Origin: an uncultured Phycisphaerae bacterium
GTDB taxonomy: Bacteria > Planctomycetota > Phycisphaerae > SM23-33
Direction: 5' to 3'
Assembly (NCBI GenBank): GCA_963760365.1
Contig: CAVXDC010000030.1
Span: 12,663-76,662, forward strand
DNA: 64,000 bases
Part shown: one piece after another, positions 1-9,905 of the stretch
Numbering within the stretch: position 1 is the first letter of the stretch
How the letters are laid out: each line of letters opens with the position of its first letter
Notes under the pieces: model-generated
The model's database searches: none
What the model saw: the letters and a program-made list of their open reading frames with translations, nothing else
What the model was told of the DNA's origin: nothing
Made by a program: the position numbers and the translations under genes

Positions 1-6
1 GAGCGG

Positions 7-36
7 TTGACAATCGTGCGATCTTTCTGATACCTT
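7..36 (+). promoter_or_regulatory. candidate sigma70-type promoter of the str operon
   Basis: TTGACA at 7-12, then TG at 28-29 and TACCTT at 31-36 (extended -10 form, 18-nt spacer). It lies about 140 nt upstream of the rpsL start. Motif match only. Confidence 0.3.
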
Positions 37-178
37 TCCTATTTGGCGTCTAACGTCCCTACGTATAGACGCGATACGTACAGGTCGAAAGACCCTAAAG
101 TGACGACGGTTCGCCTCCGGGCGGACTGGCTCAGAAATAAGGCTTTCGACCGTTTTCGTTGTGTGCGAGGGGGAGGAT

Positions 179-601
179 TTGCCCACCATAAACCAGTTGG
201 TGCGGAAGGGCGCAAGAAGCTGGTGCGGAAGACCAAGGCGCCAGCCCTGCGCTTTCCTCTACAACGCCCTGAGGAACAGGATGACCCGCGGCGAGGGCGC
301 CCCGCAGAAGCGGGGTGTCTGCGTCCAGGTGCGGACGGTCACCCCCAAGAAGCCCAACTCCGCCCTGCGCAAGGTGGCGCGGGTGCGCCTGACCAACGGG
401 ATGGAGGTCACCGCCTACATCCCCGGCGAGGGGCACACCCTCCAGGAGCACTCGGTGGTGCTCATCCGCGGCGGGCCGCGTGAAGGACCTGCCGGGGGTG
501 CGCTATCACATCATCCGCGGGGCGCTGGACTCGCAGGGGGTGTGGGGCGGAAGCGGGGCCGCAGCAAGTACGGCACGCGGCGCAGCGAGGAACTCAGGTA
601 G
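179..601 (+). CDS. rpsL: 30S ribosomal protein S12 (frameshifted as assembled)
   Basis: S12 signature strings are [102 protein letters not shown] and [12 protein letters not shown]. They are spread over three frames, with at least 4 frame changes (for example an extra G in GCGGGCCGC at 471-479). TTG start at 179 follows GGGGGAGGA. Confidence 0.9.
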   Translation: MPTINQLVRKGARSWCGRPRRQPCAFLYNALRNRMTRGEGAPQKRGVCVQVRTVTPKKPNSALRKVARVRLTNGMEVTAYIPGEGHTLQEHSVVLIRGGPREGPAGGALSHHPRGAGLAGGVGRKRGRSKYGTRRSEELR

Positions 602-611
602 GGGGCAGGCG

Positions 612-1083
612 ATGCCCAGACGAGGCAAGGTCATCCGCAGGCGAGCGACTGCCCGACGCCAAGTACAACAGCATCTGGCTGCAGATGTTCACCCATAAGC
701 TGATGACAGCGGCAAGAAGAGCACCGCCGAGCGGGTCATGTACGGCACCCTGGCCATCATCGAGCAGCGGACGCGCCGTAACCCTATGGAGACGTTCGAG
801 CAGGCGGTGCGCAACGCCATGCCTGTGCTGGAGGTGCGGCCTCGCCGCGTAGGCGGTGCCACCTATCAGATCCCCCTGGAGGTGCGGCCCGAGCGGCAGC
901 TCTCGTTGGCCATGCGCTGGCTCCTGGCGGCGGCGCGTGCTCGCAAGGGGCGGCCCATGGCCGAGAGGCTAGCCGCGGAGCTGATGGATGCCGCCAGCGG
1001 CCAGGGCGTCACTATCAAGAAGTCGGGACGACACTCACCGCATGGCCGAGGCCAACCGGGCCTTCGCCCACTACCGCTGGTAG
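612..1083 (+). CDS. rpsG: 30S ribosomal protein S7 (frameshifted as assembled)
   Basis: [81 protein letters not shown] and C-terminal [16 protein letters not shown] (stop 1081-1083) are recovered only by switching frames at least 3 times. Confidence 0.9.
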
Positions 1084-1154
1084 CCTCTGTGTAGCCGGCC
1101 GCCCATGATCGCCTAACGCTTGCCCACTCGCCCTTCGGGATCGATGATAGAACC

Positions 1155-3350
1155 ATGACTAGACCTGTGCCCATCGAAAAGGTGCGCAACATCGGGATCA
1201 TCGCCCACATCGATGCGGGCAAGACCACCGTTACCGAGCGCATCCTCTTCTACAGCGGCCGCACCTACAAGATCGGCGAGGTGGATGAGGGTACGGCCGT
1301 GATGGACTGGATGGCCCAGGAGCGCGAGCGGGGCATCACCATCACCGCCGCCGCCACCACCTGCGAGTGGGCAGAGCACATGATCAACATCGTCGATACG
1401 CCCGGCCACGTGGACTTCACGGTGGAGGTGGAGCGCAGCCTGCGGGTGCTGGACGGCGGCGTCGTCGTCTTCGACGCCGTGGCCGGCGTCCAGCCGCAGT
1501 CGGAGACGGTGTGGCGCCAGGCCGACCGCTATCACATCCCCCGCATCTGCTTCGTCAACAAGATGGACCGCGTGGGCGCCGACTTCTGGCGCACGGTGCG
1601 GATGATCCACGACCGGCTGGGCGCCCGGCCGCTGCCCATCCAGATCCCCCTGGGCGTGGAGGACAAGTACCTGGGGCTCATCGACCTGGTGGGCGAGGTG
1701 GCCTGGGTCTTCTCCGGCGAGAAGGACGAGCCGCCCGTTAAGCGTGCCCCTGCCCAAGGTGCGGCCGCAGGAGCCTGACGCGCTGGCTGAAGGAGGCCGT
1801 GACGGCGCTGTGAGCTGGCGGTCAAGCTCGATGGCGAGGGCGAGGCGCTCAAGACCTGGAGGCCGCCCTGGGGGAGGTCGCCAGCGGCGGGAGGAGCTCA
1901 TCGAGGCGGTGGCCGAGCTGGACGACCAGCTCCTCATCAGCTACGTGGAGGGCCACCCCATCTCGGCCGGCGAGCTGAAGAAGGCCATCCGCCGCGTCAC
2001 CCTGGCCAACGTGGTCACGCCCGTTCTCTGCGGCAGCGCTCTGCGCAACCGCGGCGTCCGGCCCCTGCTGGATGCGGTGGTCGACTATCTGCCCTCGCCG
2101 GTGGACGTGCCGCCGGTGCAAGGGCACCCACCCCAAGACCGGCGAGGCGCTCACCCGCCGCGCCTCCGACGAGGAGCCCTTCGCCGCCCTGGCCTTCAAG
2201 ATCGTCGCCGACCCCTACGTGGGTCGGCTGGCTTATTTCCGGGTCTACTCGGGCAAGGTCAGCCAGGGGACCATGGTCTACAACAGCACCCGCGGCGAGC
2301 GCGAGCGCATCGGCCGCCTGCTGCGGATGCACGCCCAGCACCGCGAGGACATCGAGGAGGCCTACGCCGGCTCCATCGTCGCCGCGGTCGGCCTGAAGAA
2401 CACCTTCACCGGCGACACCCTCTGCGACCAGAGCCACCCCATCGCTCCTGGAGGCGATCAAGTTCCCCGAGCCGGTCATCTCCGTAGCCATCGAGCCCCG
2501 AACCAAGGAAGACCAGGACCGCATGAGCGAGACGCTGGGCCGCCTGTCGGAGGAGGACCCCACCTTCCGCACCCGCTACGACTCGGAGACGGGCCAGACC
2601 ATCATCTCCGGCATGGGCGAGCTCCACCTGGAGATCATCGTCGACCGGATGCTGCGGGAGTACCGGGTGGAGGCGCACGTGGGCAAGCCCGAGGTGGCCT
2701 ACAAGGAGACCATCACCCGCGCGGCCAAGGTCGAGGGGCGGTTCATCCGCCAGACGGGCGGCCACGGCCAGTACGGCGTGGTGGACGCTGGAGGTGGCTC
2801 CCCGCGAGCGGGGCGCCGGCTTCCGGTTCGTGGACAAGATCGTGGGCGGGGCCATCCCCCGCGAGTACATCTGGCCGGTGGAGCAGGGGGTGAAGGAGGC
2901 GCTGGAGACGGGCGTGCTGGCCAGCTACCCGGTGGTCGACGTGGAGGTGACGCTGCTGGACGGCAGCTACCACCCGGTGGACTCCTCCGAGCTGGCCTTC
3001 CGCATGGCCGGCTCGCATGGCCATGCGCGAAGGCCCTGACGCAGGCCAAGCCGATGCTGCTGGAGCCGATCATGGAGATCGAGGTGGCCACGCCGGAGCA
3101 GTTCTTCGGCGACGTGCTGGCGGACATCAACTCCCGTCGCGGCCACGTGACCATGGTCGATCAGCGGGGCCACATGCGGATGGTGCGCGCCCTGGTTCCC
3201 TTAGCGGAGACTTTCGGGTATGCTACGGACTTGCGCTCCCTGACGCAGGGGCGAGCCACCTACACTATGGAGTTCGACCACTACCAGGAGGTGCCGGCCT
3301 CGGTGGCCGGAGGCTATCTGGGCAAGGTTAGCGGGTTTGTAAGGAGATAG
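1155..3350 (+). CDS. fusA: translation elongation factor G (heavily frameshifted as assembled)
   Basis: N-terminal GTPase motifs are [24 protein letters not shown] and NKMDR. Later segments ([99 protein letters not shown]) lie in ORFs 1155-, 1744-, 2072-, 2523- and 2794-, so there are at least 6 frame changes. Confidence 0.92.
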
Positions 3351-3360
3351 GCGGAAGGGC

Positions 3361-3669
3361 ATGCCCAGACAGAGGATACGCATTCGGCTGAAGGCCTACG
3401 ACCATCGCATCCTCGACCAGTCCGCCGCCCTCATCTGCGAGGCGGCGGAGCGGACGGGGGCGGCGGTGGCCGGCCCGGTGCCTCTGCCCACCGAGATCAA
3501 GAAGTTCTGCGTCATCCGCTCGCCCCACATCGACAAGGACTCGCGGGAGCAGTTCGAGATCCGCACTCATAAGCGACTGATCGACATCCTGGACCCCACA
3601 TCCAAGACGGTGGACGCCCTGATGCGTCTGCAGCTGCCTTCGGGCGTGGACATCGAGATCAAGCTGTAG
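3361..3669 (+). CDS. rpsJ: 30S ribosomal protein S10
   Basis: Intact 102-aa ORF: [16 protein letters not shown]...[36 protein letters not shown]. It sits in the expected position after fusA, with no tuf gene between them. Confidence 0.95.
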   Translation: MPRQRIRIRLKAYDHRILDQSAALICEAAERTGAAVAGPVPLPTEIKKFCVIRSPHIDKDSREQFEIRTHKRLIDILDPTSKTVDALMRLQLPSGVDIEIKL

Positions 3670-3671
3670 TC

Positions 3672-4309
3672 ATGATCGAAGGGATTCTGGGCCGCAAGCT
3701 GGGCATGCTCCAGGTCTTCGACCGCGACGGCACGGTGGTGCCGGTGACGGTCATCGAGGCTGGCCCCTGCACCGTCCTCCAGGTGAAGACCCAGGACAGC
3801 GATGGCTATGAGGCCGTCCAGCTCGGCTTCGGGGTGCGCAAGCGGGTCAACCAGCCCCTGAAGGGGCACTTCAAGGGGCTGGGCGCCTTCCGCTACCTGC
3901 GGGAGTTCCGGTGGACGACATCAGCCAGTGGCAGGTGGGCCAGAAGGTGGGGGCGGAGATCTTCGAGCCCGGCGACCTGGTGCACGTGAGCGGCGTGTCC
4001 AAGGGCCGCGGTTTCGCTGGCGTGGTGAAGCGCCACGGCTTCCGCGGCGGCCCCAAGACCCACGGCCAGTCGGACCGCCATCGCGCCCCCGGCTCCATCG
4101 GCGCCAGCGCCAGCCCGGGGCGGGTGCTCAAGGGCATGCGCATGGCCGGCCACATGGGCGACCGACAGGTCACGGTGCGCAACCTGGAGGTGGTGGAGTC
4201 CAACCCGGCGCGAGGCGTGATCATGGTCAAGGGCTCCGTGCCCGGCGCCAAGAACGGCCTCTTGCGCATTCGCCTGGCCCGCAAGCACGCCGTGAAGCGG
4301 CAGGGCTAG
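3672..4309 (+). CDS. rplC: 50S ribosomal protein L3 (one frameshift near 3910)
   Basis: [29 protein letters not shown] in frame 3672, then [50 protein letters not shown] in frame 3911. The join at TTCCGGTGGAC (3906-3916) looks like a GGG shortened to GG. Confidence 0.92.
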
Positions 4310-4362
4310 GTGGAGAGGGAAGAAAGCGGCGAGGCCGCCGGCCGAGGAGGCCGAGAGAAGGA

Positions 4363-5448
4363 ATGAAGCTTCCGGTACGCAACGCCAAGGGCGGGAAGCT
4401 GAAGGCCATCGAGGTGGATGACCAGGTGTTCGGCATCAAGCCGAACATGGCGGTGATCCACCAGGCCTTCCTGGCCCAGATGGCCAATCGGCGGGCGGGC
4501 AGCGCCAGCACCAAGAGCCGGGGCGAGGTGCGTGGCAGCACCGCCAAGGTTCGCGCCCAGAAGGGGAGCGGCCGCGCCCGCCAGGGCAGCGCTCGCGCCC
4601 CTCACCGACGGGGCGGCGGCGTCGCCTTCGGGCCAAAGCCGCGCAGCTATCGCCAGGCCTTGCCCAAGCGTATGAAGCGCCTGGCCATCCGCTCGGTGCT
4701 ATCGGGCAAGGTGGCCGACGGTCAGCTGTCGGTGGTGAACGAGCTGTCGCTGGAGAAGCCGCGCACCAAGGAGATCGCGGGCTTGCTGGACGAGCCTGGG
4801 CATCGAGCGCTCGGCCCTCATCGTCACCGGCGACGCCGACCGGAGCGTGCATGCCAGCGCCCGCAACCTGGCGCGGACCAAGGTCCTGCCCGCCGCCTAC
4901 CTGAACGTCGTGGACATGCTCACCCATCGCGACCTGGTGATGACGGTGGCGGCGGTGCGCCGCTGCGAGGAGCTGTGGGGCGGCGACCATGCGCCCGGCG
5001 GCGGCGGCCGCTGCCCGCTGGCCGCCGTGGCGCCACCGGCGGCGCGCCGCAGAAGGAAAGCGAAGACCGTCGAAGAGGTCGTCCCGGAGGAGGCGGTGCC
5101 GGAGGCGAAGGCCCCGCGCCGCACAAGGAAGGCGAAGGCCGTCGAAGACGCCGCCCCGAAGGCGGAGGCGGTGCCGGAGGCGGAGAGGGCGCCGGAGGCG
5201 AAGGCCCCGCGCCGCACAAGGAAAGCGAAGGCCGTCGAAGACGCCGCCGAAGGCGGAGGCGGTGCCGGAGGCGAGAGGGCGCCGGAGGCGAAGGCGGTGC
5301 CGGAGGCGGAGCGGGCGCCGGCGGCGGAAGGGCGCCGGCGGCGAAGGCCCCGCGCCGCGTCCGGAAGGCGAAGGTCGTCGAAGACATCGCCGCCGGAGGC
5401 AGAGGCGGCGCCGAGCGAGCACCGCCGCTGAAGCAGGAGGCGAGCTAG
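4363..5448 (+). CDS. rplD: 50S ribosomal protein L4 with a long K/A/E/P-rich repetitive C-terminal extension (frameshifted)
   Basis: The L4 core is [75 protein letters not shown], continuing after a frameshift near 4795 as [25 protein letters not shown]. About 180 codons of [16 protein letters not shown]-type repeats follow. The exact end is uncertain (5431 or 5448, depending on frame). Confidence 0.8.
   Translation: MKLPVRNAKGGKLKAIEVDDQVFGIKPNMAVIHQAFLAQMANRRAGSASTKSRGEVRGSTAKVRAQKGSGRARQGSARAPHRRGGGVAFGPKPRSYRQALPKRMKRLAIRSVLSGKVADGQLSVVNELSLEKPRTKEIAGLLDEPGHRALGPHRHRRRRPERACQRPQPGADQGPARRLPERRGHAHPSRPGDDGGGGAPLRGAVGRRPCARRRRPLPAGRRGATGGAPQKESEDRRRGRPGGGGAGGEGPAPHKEGEGRRRRRPEGGGGAGGGEGAGGEGPAPHKESEGRRRRRRRRRRCRRREGAGGEGGAGGGAGAGGGRAPAAKAPRRVRKAKVVEDIAAGGRGGAERAPPLKQEAS
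5040..5410 (+). repeat. tandem coding repeat (93-bp period between the two best copies) inside the rplD 3' extension
   Basis: GAAGGCCCCGCGCCGCACAAGGAA(G/A)GCGAAGGCCGTCGAAGACGCCGCC occurs at 5107 and again at 5200. Degenerate copies start near 5044 and 5343. Copy 2 differs from copy 1 by small indels (-2 and -1 nt) that locally scramble the frame. Confidence 0.8.
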
Positions 5449-5449
5449 G

Positions 5450-5748
5450 ATGCCCAAGGCCATTCACCCCTTCGACGGTGATCCGGCAGCCGCTGGTGAC
5501 GGAGAAGGGCACCTATCTGGCGGCTGAGAACAAGTACGCCTTTCGGGTGGACCAGCTGGCCAACAAGACACAGATCAAGCAGGCGGTGGAGAAGACCTTC
5601 AACGTGCAGGTGGTGGCGGTCAACGTGATGAACGTGCGGGGCAAGCAGCGCCGCTGGGGCCGACGCACGACCGCTGCGGCCGGCCTGGAAGAAGGCCATC
5701 GTGACCCTGGCCCCAGGCGACAAGATCGAGCTGTTCGAGGGCGTGTAG
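5450..5748 (+). CDS. rplW: 50S ribosomal protein L23 (two frameshifts)
   Basis: ATG at 5450 follows [65 protein letters not shown] is in a second frame, and [21 protein letters not shown] (stop 5746-5748) is in a third. Confidence 0.88.
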
Positions 5749-5750
5749 AG

Positions 5751-6583
5751 ATGGGTATCAAGCAGTACAAGCCCACCTCTCCCGGCCGGCGCGGCGCGAC
5801 CGGCCAGACCTTCGAGGAGATCACCAAGCACAAGCCGGAGAAGGCGCTGACGGTGCCCCTGAAGAGGAAGGCGGGTCGCAACGCCCAGGGGCGCGTCACC
5901 GTGCGCCATCGCGGCGGCGGCGCCAAGCGGCAGCTCCGCATCATCGACTTCAAGCGGGACAAGTTCGGTGTGCCGGGCAAGGTGGCGGCCATCGAGTATG
6001 ACCCCAACCGCTCGGCGCGCATCGCCCTCATCCACTACGCCGACGGCGACAAGCGCTACATCCTCTGGCCGGTGGGCCTGAAGGTGGGCGATACGGTCAT
6101 GTCGGGCCCGGAGGCGGAGATCCGGCCGGGCAACGCCCTGCCCCTGAAGAACATCCCGCTGGGCACGGCGGTGCACAACGTGGAGCTGTACTTGAAGCGC
6201 GGCGGCCAGATGGTGCGCAGCGCCGGCTCTTCGGCCCAGCTGATGGCCAAGGAGGGGGACTACGTGCTGCTGCGCCTGCCCTCGGGGGAGGTGCGCAAGG
6301 TGCTGGCCGACTGCATGGCCACCATCGGCCAGGTGGGCAACGTAGAGCACAGCCAGATCAAGCTCGGCCGCGCCGGCCGGTCGCGCCTGCATGGGGCGGC
6401 GGCCCGCAGGTGCGCGGCTCGGCCATGAACCCGCGCGATCACCCCCACGGCGGCGGCGAGGGCAAGGCGGCCATCGGTATGCCCGGGCCCAAGACACCCT
6501 GGGGCAAGCCGGCCTTGGGGTATCGCACCCGCCGCCGCAAGGACACGGACAAGTACATTGTGCGACGGCGCGGACAGAAGTAG
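5751..6583 (+). CDS. rplB: 50S ribosomal protein L2 (two frameshifts near 6390-6406)
   Basis: [80 protein letters not shown], then MGRRP, then [37 protein letters not shown] (stop 6581-6583), in three frames. Confidence 0.92.
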
Positions 6584-6593
6584 GGGGTAGGTC

Positions 6594-6890
6594 TTGTCCA
6601 GATCGACAAAGAAGGGGCCGTTCGTGGACGCCAAGCTGATGAAGAGGGTGGAGGCGGTCCAGCGCTCCGGCCAGAAGGCGATCATCCGCACTTGGTCGCG
6701 GGCCTCCACCATCATGCCCCAGATGGTGGGCATGACCATCGCCGTCTACGACGGCCGGCGCCACGTGCCCATCTTCATCACCGAGAACATGGTCGGCCAC
6801 CGCCTGGGCGAGTTCGCCCTGACGCGCACCTTCCGCGGCCACGCCGGTCGCTCGGAGCGAGCCACCCAGGTGCGCCGCCGACGTAGGTAT
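6594..6890 (+). CDS. rpsS: 30S ribosomal protein S19 (stop codon not in frame as assembled; reads through into rplV)
   Basis: [76 protein letters not shown]. The nearest stops (TAG 6884, TGA 6890) are in another frame, so the 3' end is approximate. Confidence 0.85.
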
Positions 6891-6896
6891 GAACGA

Positions 6897-7238
6897 ATGC
6901 AGGTGAAAGCCGTCGCCAGGAACGTAGCGCGTATCGCCCAGGAAGGTACGCCTCATCCTCGAGCACCTGCCCGGCCGGCGGGTGGACGAGGTGCTGGCCC
7001 GCCTGCGCTTCCTCCCTTCGCCTCACGCGCGAGTGGTGGCCAAGGCGGTGCAGTCGGCGGCGGCCAACGCCGAGAACAACTACCAGATGGACCCGCGCTT
7101 CCTGAAAGTGGTGGCCGCCTACGCCGGCGACGCGCTGCGCCTGAAGCGCTGGCGCGCGCGCGCCCGCGGCCGCGCTTCTCGCCGTCGTGCGACGGCGCAG
7201 CCCACATCACGGTCGTGGTGGAGGAGATGGAGGGCTAG
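6897..7238 (+). CDS. rplV: 50S ribosomal protein L22 (frameshifted)
   Basis: [10 protein letters not shown].., then [65 protein letters not shown] in frame 6982, then [11 protein letters not shown] in frame 6594. There are at least 2 frame changes. Confidence 0.88.
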   Translation: MQVKAVARNVARIAQEGTPHPRAPARPAGGRGAGPPALPPFASRASGGQGGAVGGGQRREQLPDGPALPESGGRLRRRRAAPEALARARPRPRFSPSCDGAAHITVVVEEMEG

Positions 7239-7239
7239 C

Positions 7240-7365
7240 ATGGGCCAGAAGGTTCATCCGCATGGCTTCCGCATCGGCTATCTCTACGGCTGGGAGAGCC
7301 ACTGGTACGCCGAGCAAGCACTACACCACTCTCCTGCACGAGGACCTGGCGGTGCGCCGCACCAT
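7240..7365 (+). pseudogene. rpsC: 30S ribosomal protein S3, 5' fragment only (about 40 codons)
   Basis: MGQKVHPHGFRIGYLYGWESHWYAE plus (after a frameshift) HYTTLLHEDLAVRRTM matches the S3 N-terminus. The KH and C-terminal domains are absent, and the reading frame runs directly into unrelated sialidase-like sequence. Confidence 0.8.
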
Positions 7366-8894
7366 GACCCGTCCAAGCCTCACTTCCGCGTCCGACATGC
7401 TGCCCGTGCCGCCGGAGAACCAACCCGTCGGCGCCGCCGCGATGGTGGGCATGCACCCGGGCATCCTGGGGCACAACCACAGCCCCGGCCTGGCCGTCTG
7501 CCCCAACGGCGACGTGCTGGCGGTGCACTTCACCGCCTGCGCCACCAGCGCCGAGTACCTGCCCAACATGGCCTTCATCGCGACGCGCCTGCGCTGCGGG
7601 GCGGACCGCTGGGACCCACCCGACTTCTTCCTGGACTTCCCCGACGTGACCGAGGAAAGCGCCCTGCTGTGGAACGACAGCGGCACGCTGCACCTGTTCA
7701 CCGGCGGCGTGGGGCTGAACGGCACGCCGTTCAAGTGGTGCTCGTCGCGCGACAGCGGGGCGACGCTGGGACGAGGTGAAGTTCCCCGTCTTCGCCGGGG
7801 TCATCGGGCCGTATTCCGCCCAGCCCATCAGCAGCGCCTTCCGCGATGCCAGCGGCACGATCTACGTCGCCAGCGACGGGGAGGGCGGCAACTCGGTCCT
7901 GTGGGCCAGCCGCGACGACGGCCGGACGTGGTTCGACACCGGCGGCCGATCGGCCGGGCGGCACACGGTCTACGCGATGCTCTCCGACGGCAGCATCCTG
8001 GGCATCGGCGGCAAGAAGACGCATCTGGAAGGCTGGATGCCCCAGGCCATCAGCCGCGACGGCGGAAAGACCTGGCAGACCGGCAAGACGCCCTTCCCCG
8101 CGATGGGCGGCAACCAAAGGCCCGCGCTGGTGCGACTGGCCAGCGGGCGGCTGTTCTTCGCGGGCGACTTCCAGAGCAAGAACGACGTTCAGCCGGCCGG
8201 CGTCACCCAGCGCGGGGTCGTTCGTGGCGCTCAGCGAGGACGAGGGCAAGACCTGGCGGATCAAGCCGCTGCCGGGAGCCCGCCCGCACGAGGGCAACGT
8301 CCTGCCCCCTCGGCCCGGCTGGGGCAAGGCCGACCACGACGACGCCACGCTGGGCTACTGCCGTCGCCGCCCAGGGTCCCAACGGCCTGATCCACCTGAT
8401 CACCACGATGAACCATCCGTGCCTGCACTTTGAGCTCAACGAGGCCTGGATCCTCGATGAGGCGGCGGGGATGGCGCCCGACGATGCACCCGTCTGCGGT
8501 GCCCCAAGGCCCAGAGCGTTGCGAGGAGAAGCACCCCAACGGCCGGACGCGCTGCACCTACGGCGGCGGCGCTGGCCACCGACGGGCGGTGGCTGCTGGA
8601 GGGACCCGAGACGCTGGTTCTACCCCGACGGCCGCAAACAGTACGAAGTGTTCTGGCGAGCAGGCCGGAAGATCGGCAAGGAGACCTACTGGGACCCCCA
8701 GGGCGCGGTTGGGCTGGCAGTGGGAGCATCGCGACGACGGCGGCAGCGTCTGGACGCAATTCTGGCCCAGCGGACAGATGAAGTCGCAGTCCACCTGGCG
8801 CGGCCACCTGGCCCACGGCCCGGCCAGGCTGTGGGATTACACCGGCGCCCTCGTCAGCCAGCGGGAATTCAAAGAGGGAGAGCTTGTTGACTGA
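7366..8894 (+). pseudogene. BNR/Asp-box (sialidase-like beta-propeller) protein with C-terminal MORN-variant (YwqK-like) repeats; 5'-truncated and frameshifted
   Basis: Four Asp-boxes are present (SRDSGATW, SRDDGRTW, SRDGGKTW, SEDEGKTW), spread over ORFs 7187-, 7776- and 7846-. The C-terminus is WFYPDGRKQYEVFWRAGRKIGKETYWDPQG and WQWEHRDDGGSVWTQFWPSGQMKSQSTWRGHLAHGPARLWDYTGALVSQREFKEGELVD* (8430-8894). No start codon or signal peptide. There are at least 4 frame changes. Confidence 0.65.
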
Positions 8895-8949
8895 GGGGTC
8901 AGCCCTCGGACATTCGATATGGAGCCCCACCACCGGCCGGCAACGGTGC

Positions 8950-8978
8950 TTGACGGAATCGGCCGTCAGGCGTAGGCT
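8950..8978 (+). promoter_or_regulatory. candidate promoter for tRNA-Tyr
   Basis: TTGACG (8950-8955), 17-nt spacer, TAGGCT (8973-8978), about 14 nt upstream of the mature tRNA 5' end. Confidence 0.4.
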
Positions 8979-8991
8979 CTAATCCGGTTCC

Positions 8992-9073
<82 letters not shown>

Positions 9074-9159
9074 TGCTCCTACGCTCGCCGGAGGCGAGCT
9101 ACGGAGCATGCCCTCCGTAGCTTTAGCGAAGGAGGGCTTCTGTGTCTTTTGACCCCGTG

Positions 9160-9182
9160 GCCCGCGTCAGCGGGCTCTTTTC
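9160..9182 (+). terminator. intrinsic terminator after the tRNA-Tyr transcript
   Basis: GCCCGC-GTCA-GCGGGC stem-loop followed by TCTTTTC. Confidence 0.6.
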
Positions 9183-9243
9183 ATAAGACCTTGCCCCCAG
9201 CCGCAAAGGGGGTTATGGGTAATGGGCAAGAGGTGAAGCGTCC

Positions 9244-9903
9244 ATGGCCGATGACGTGTGCCTGTTCGGTGGGACGTTCGATCCGGTGCATCACGGGCAT
9301 CTAATCGTCGCCCGCGCCGTGGCGGAGAGGATGGGCTTTGACCGCGTGATGCTCATCCCGACCCACAGCCCCCCGCACAAGCCGCCCACCCGCGCGTCGG
9401 CCGCCGACCGGTTAGCCATGCTGAAGCTGGCCATCGAGTCCGACGCGCTGTTCGATCTCTGCGAGCTGGAGCTGCACCGCCGCGGCCCCAGCTACACGCT
9501 GGACACGCTCCAGGCCCTGCGGCCTCGGGCGGGCGAGGGGACGCTGTATTGGTTGATCGGGGCGGACATGCTCACCGATCTGCCGCACTGGCACCGCGTC
9601 GAGGAGGTGCTGGAGCTGGCCCACCTCCTCGTGGCGGCCCGCGCGACCGACGCCGGCAGCGCGGAGGACGCCCTGGCGGCCCTGGCCGGCAAGCTGGCCG
9701 ACCGGCACCTCTGCCGCCTGCGCGAAAACCTCCTGCCGACCCCACAGATCGACATCTCCTCCACCGACATCCGCCGCCGCGTCCATGCGGGGAAGTCCAT
9801 CCGCTACCTGGTTCCTGACGCCGTCGCACGCTACATCGCCGAGCACGGGTTGTACCAGGACGCCGATCCCGCGAGTCACGACCCGCCGCACCCCCAAACC
9901 TGA
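9244..9903 (+). CDS. nadD: nicotinate-nucleotide adenylyltransferase
   Basis: Intact 219-aa ORF with GGTFDPVHHGHL (HxGH nucleotidyltransferase motif) and ISSTDIRRRV near the C-terminus. Confidence 0.85.
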   Translation: MADDVCLFGGTFDPVHHGHLIVARAVAERMGFDRVMLIPTHSPPHKPPTRASAADRLAMLKLAIESDALFDLCELELHRRGPSYTLDTLQALRPRAGEGTLYWLIGADMLTDLPHWHRVEEVLELAHLLVAARATDAGSAEDALAALAGKLADRHLCRLRENLLPTPQIDISSTDIRRRVHAGKSIRYLVPDAVARYIAEHGLYQDADPASHDPPHPQT

Positions 9904-9905
9904 GT

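Noticed and set aside
3928-5448. Very long alternative-frame and antisense ORFs, for example 3928-5448 (+), 5445-6956 (-), 54989-56566 (-), 34312-35706 (-), 35540-36934 (-), 24046-25707 (+) and 52857-54167 (+).
   Set aside because: Their translations are Arg/Pro/Gly/Ala-rich low-complexity strings with no recognisable motifs. They lie opposite, or out of frame to, genes with unmistakable conserved sequences (ribosomal proteins, thiC, ackA, the aldehyde dehydrogenase, dnaE, ppdK). Long spurious ORFs are expected at this GC content.
1-8894. Programmed ribosomal frameshifting or genuine pseudogenisation as the explanation for the broken ribosomal-protein, fusA, rpoD, ppdK and dnaA genes.
   Set aside because: Too many essential single-copy genes are affected, often several times each. 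The lesions I could resolve are 1-nt length changes in short G or C runs, without slippery heptamer plus structure signals. Assembly or polishing error is the economical explanation.
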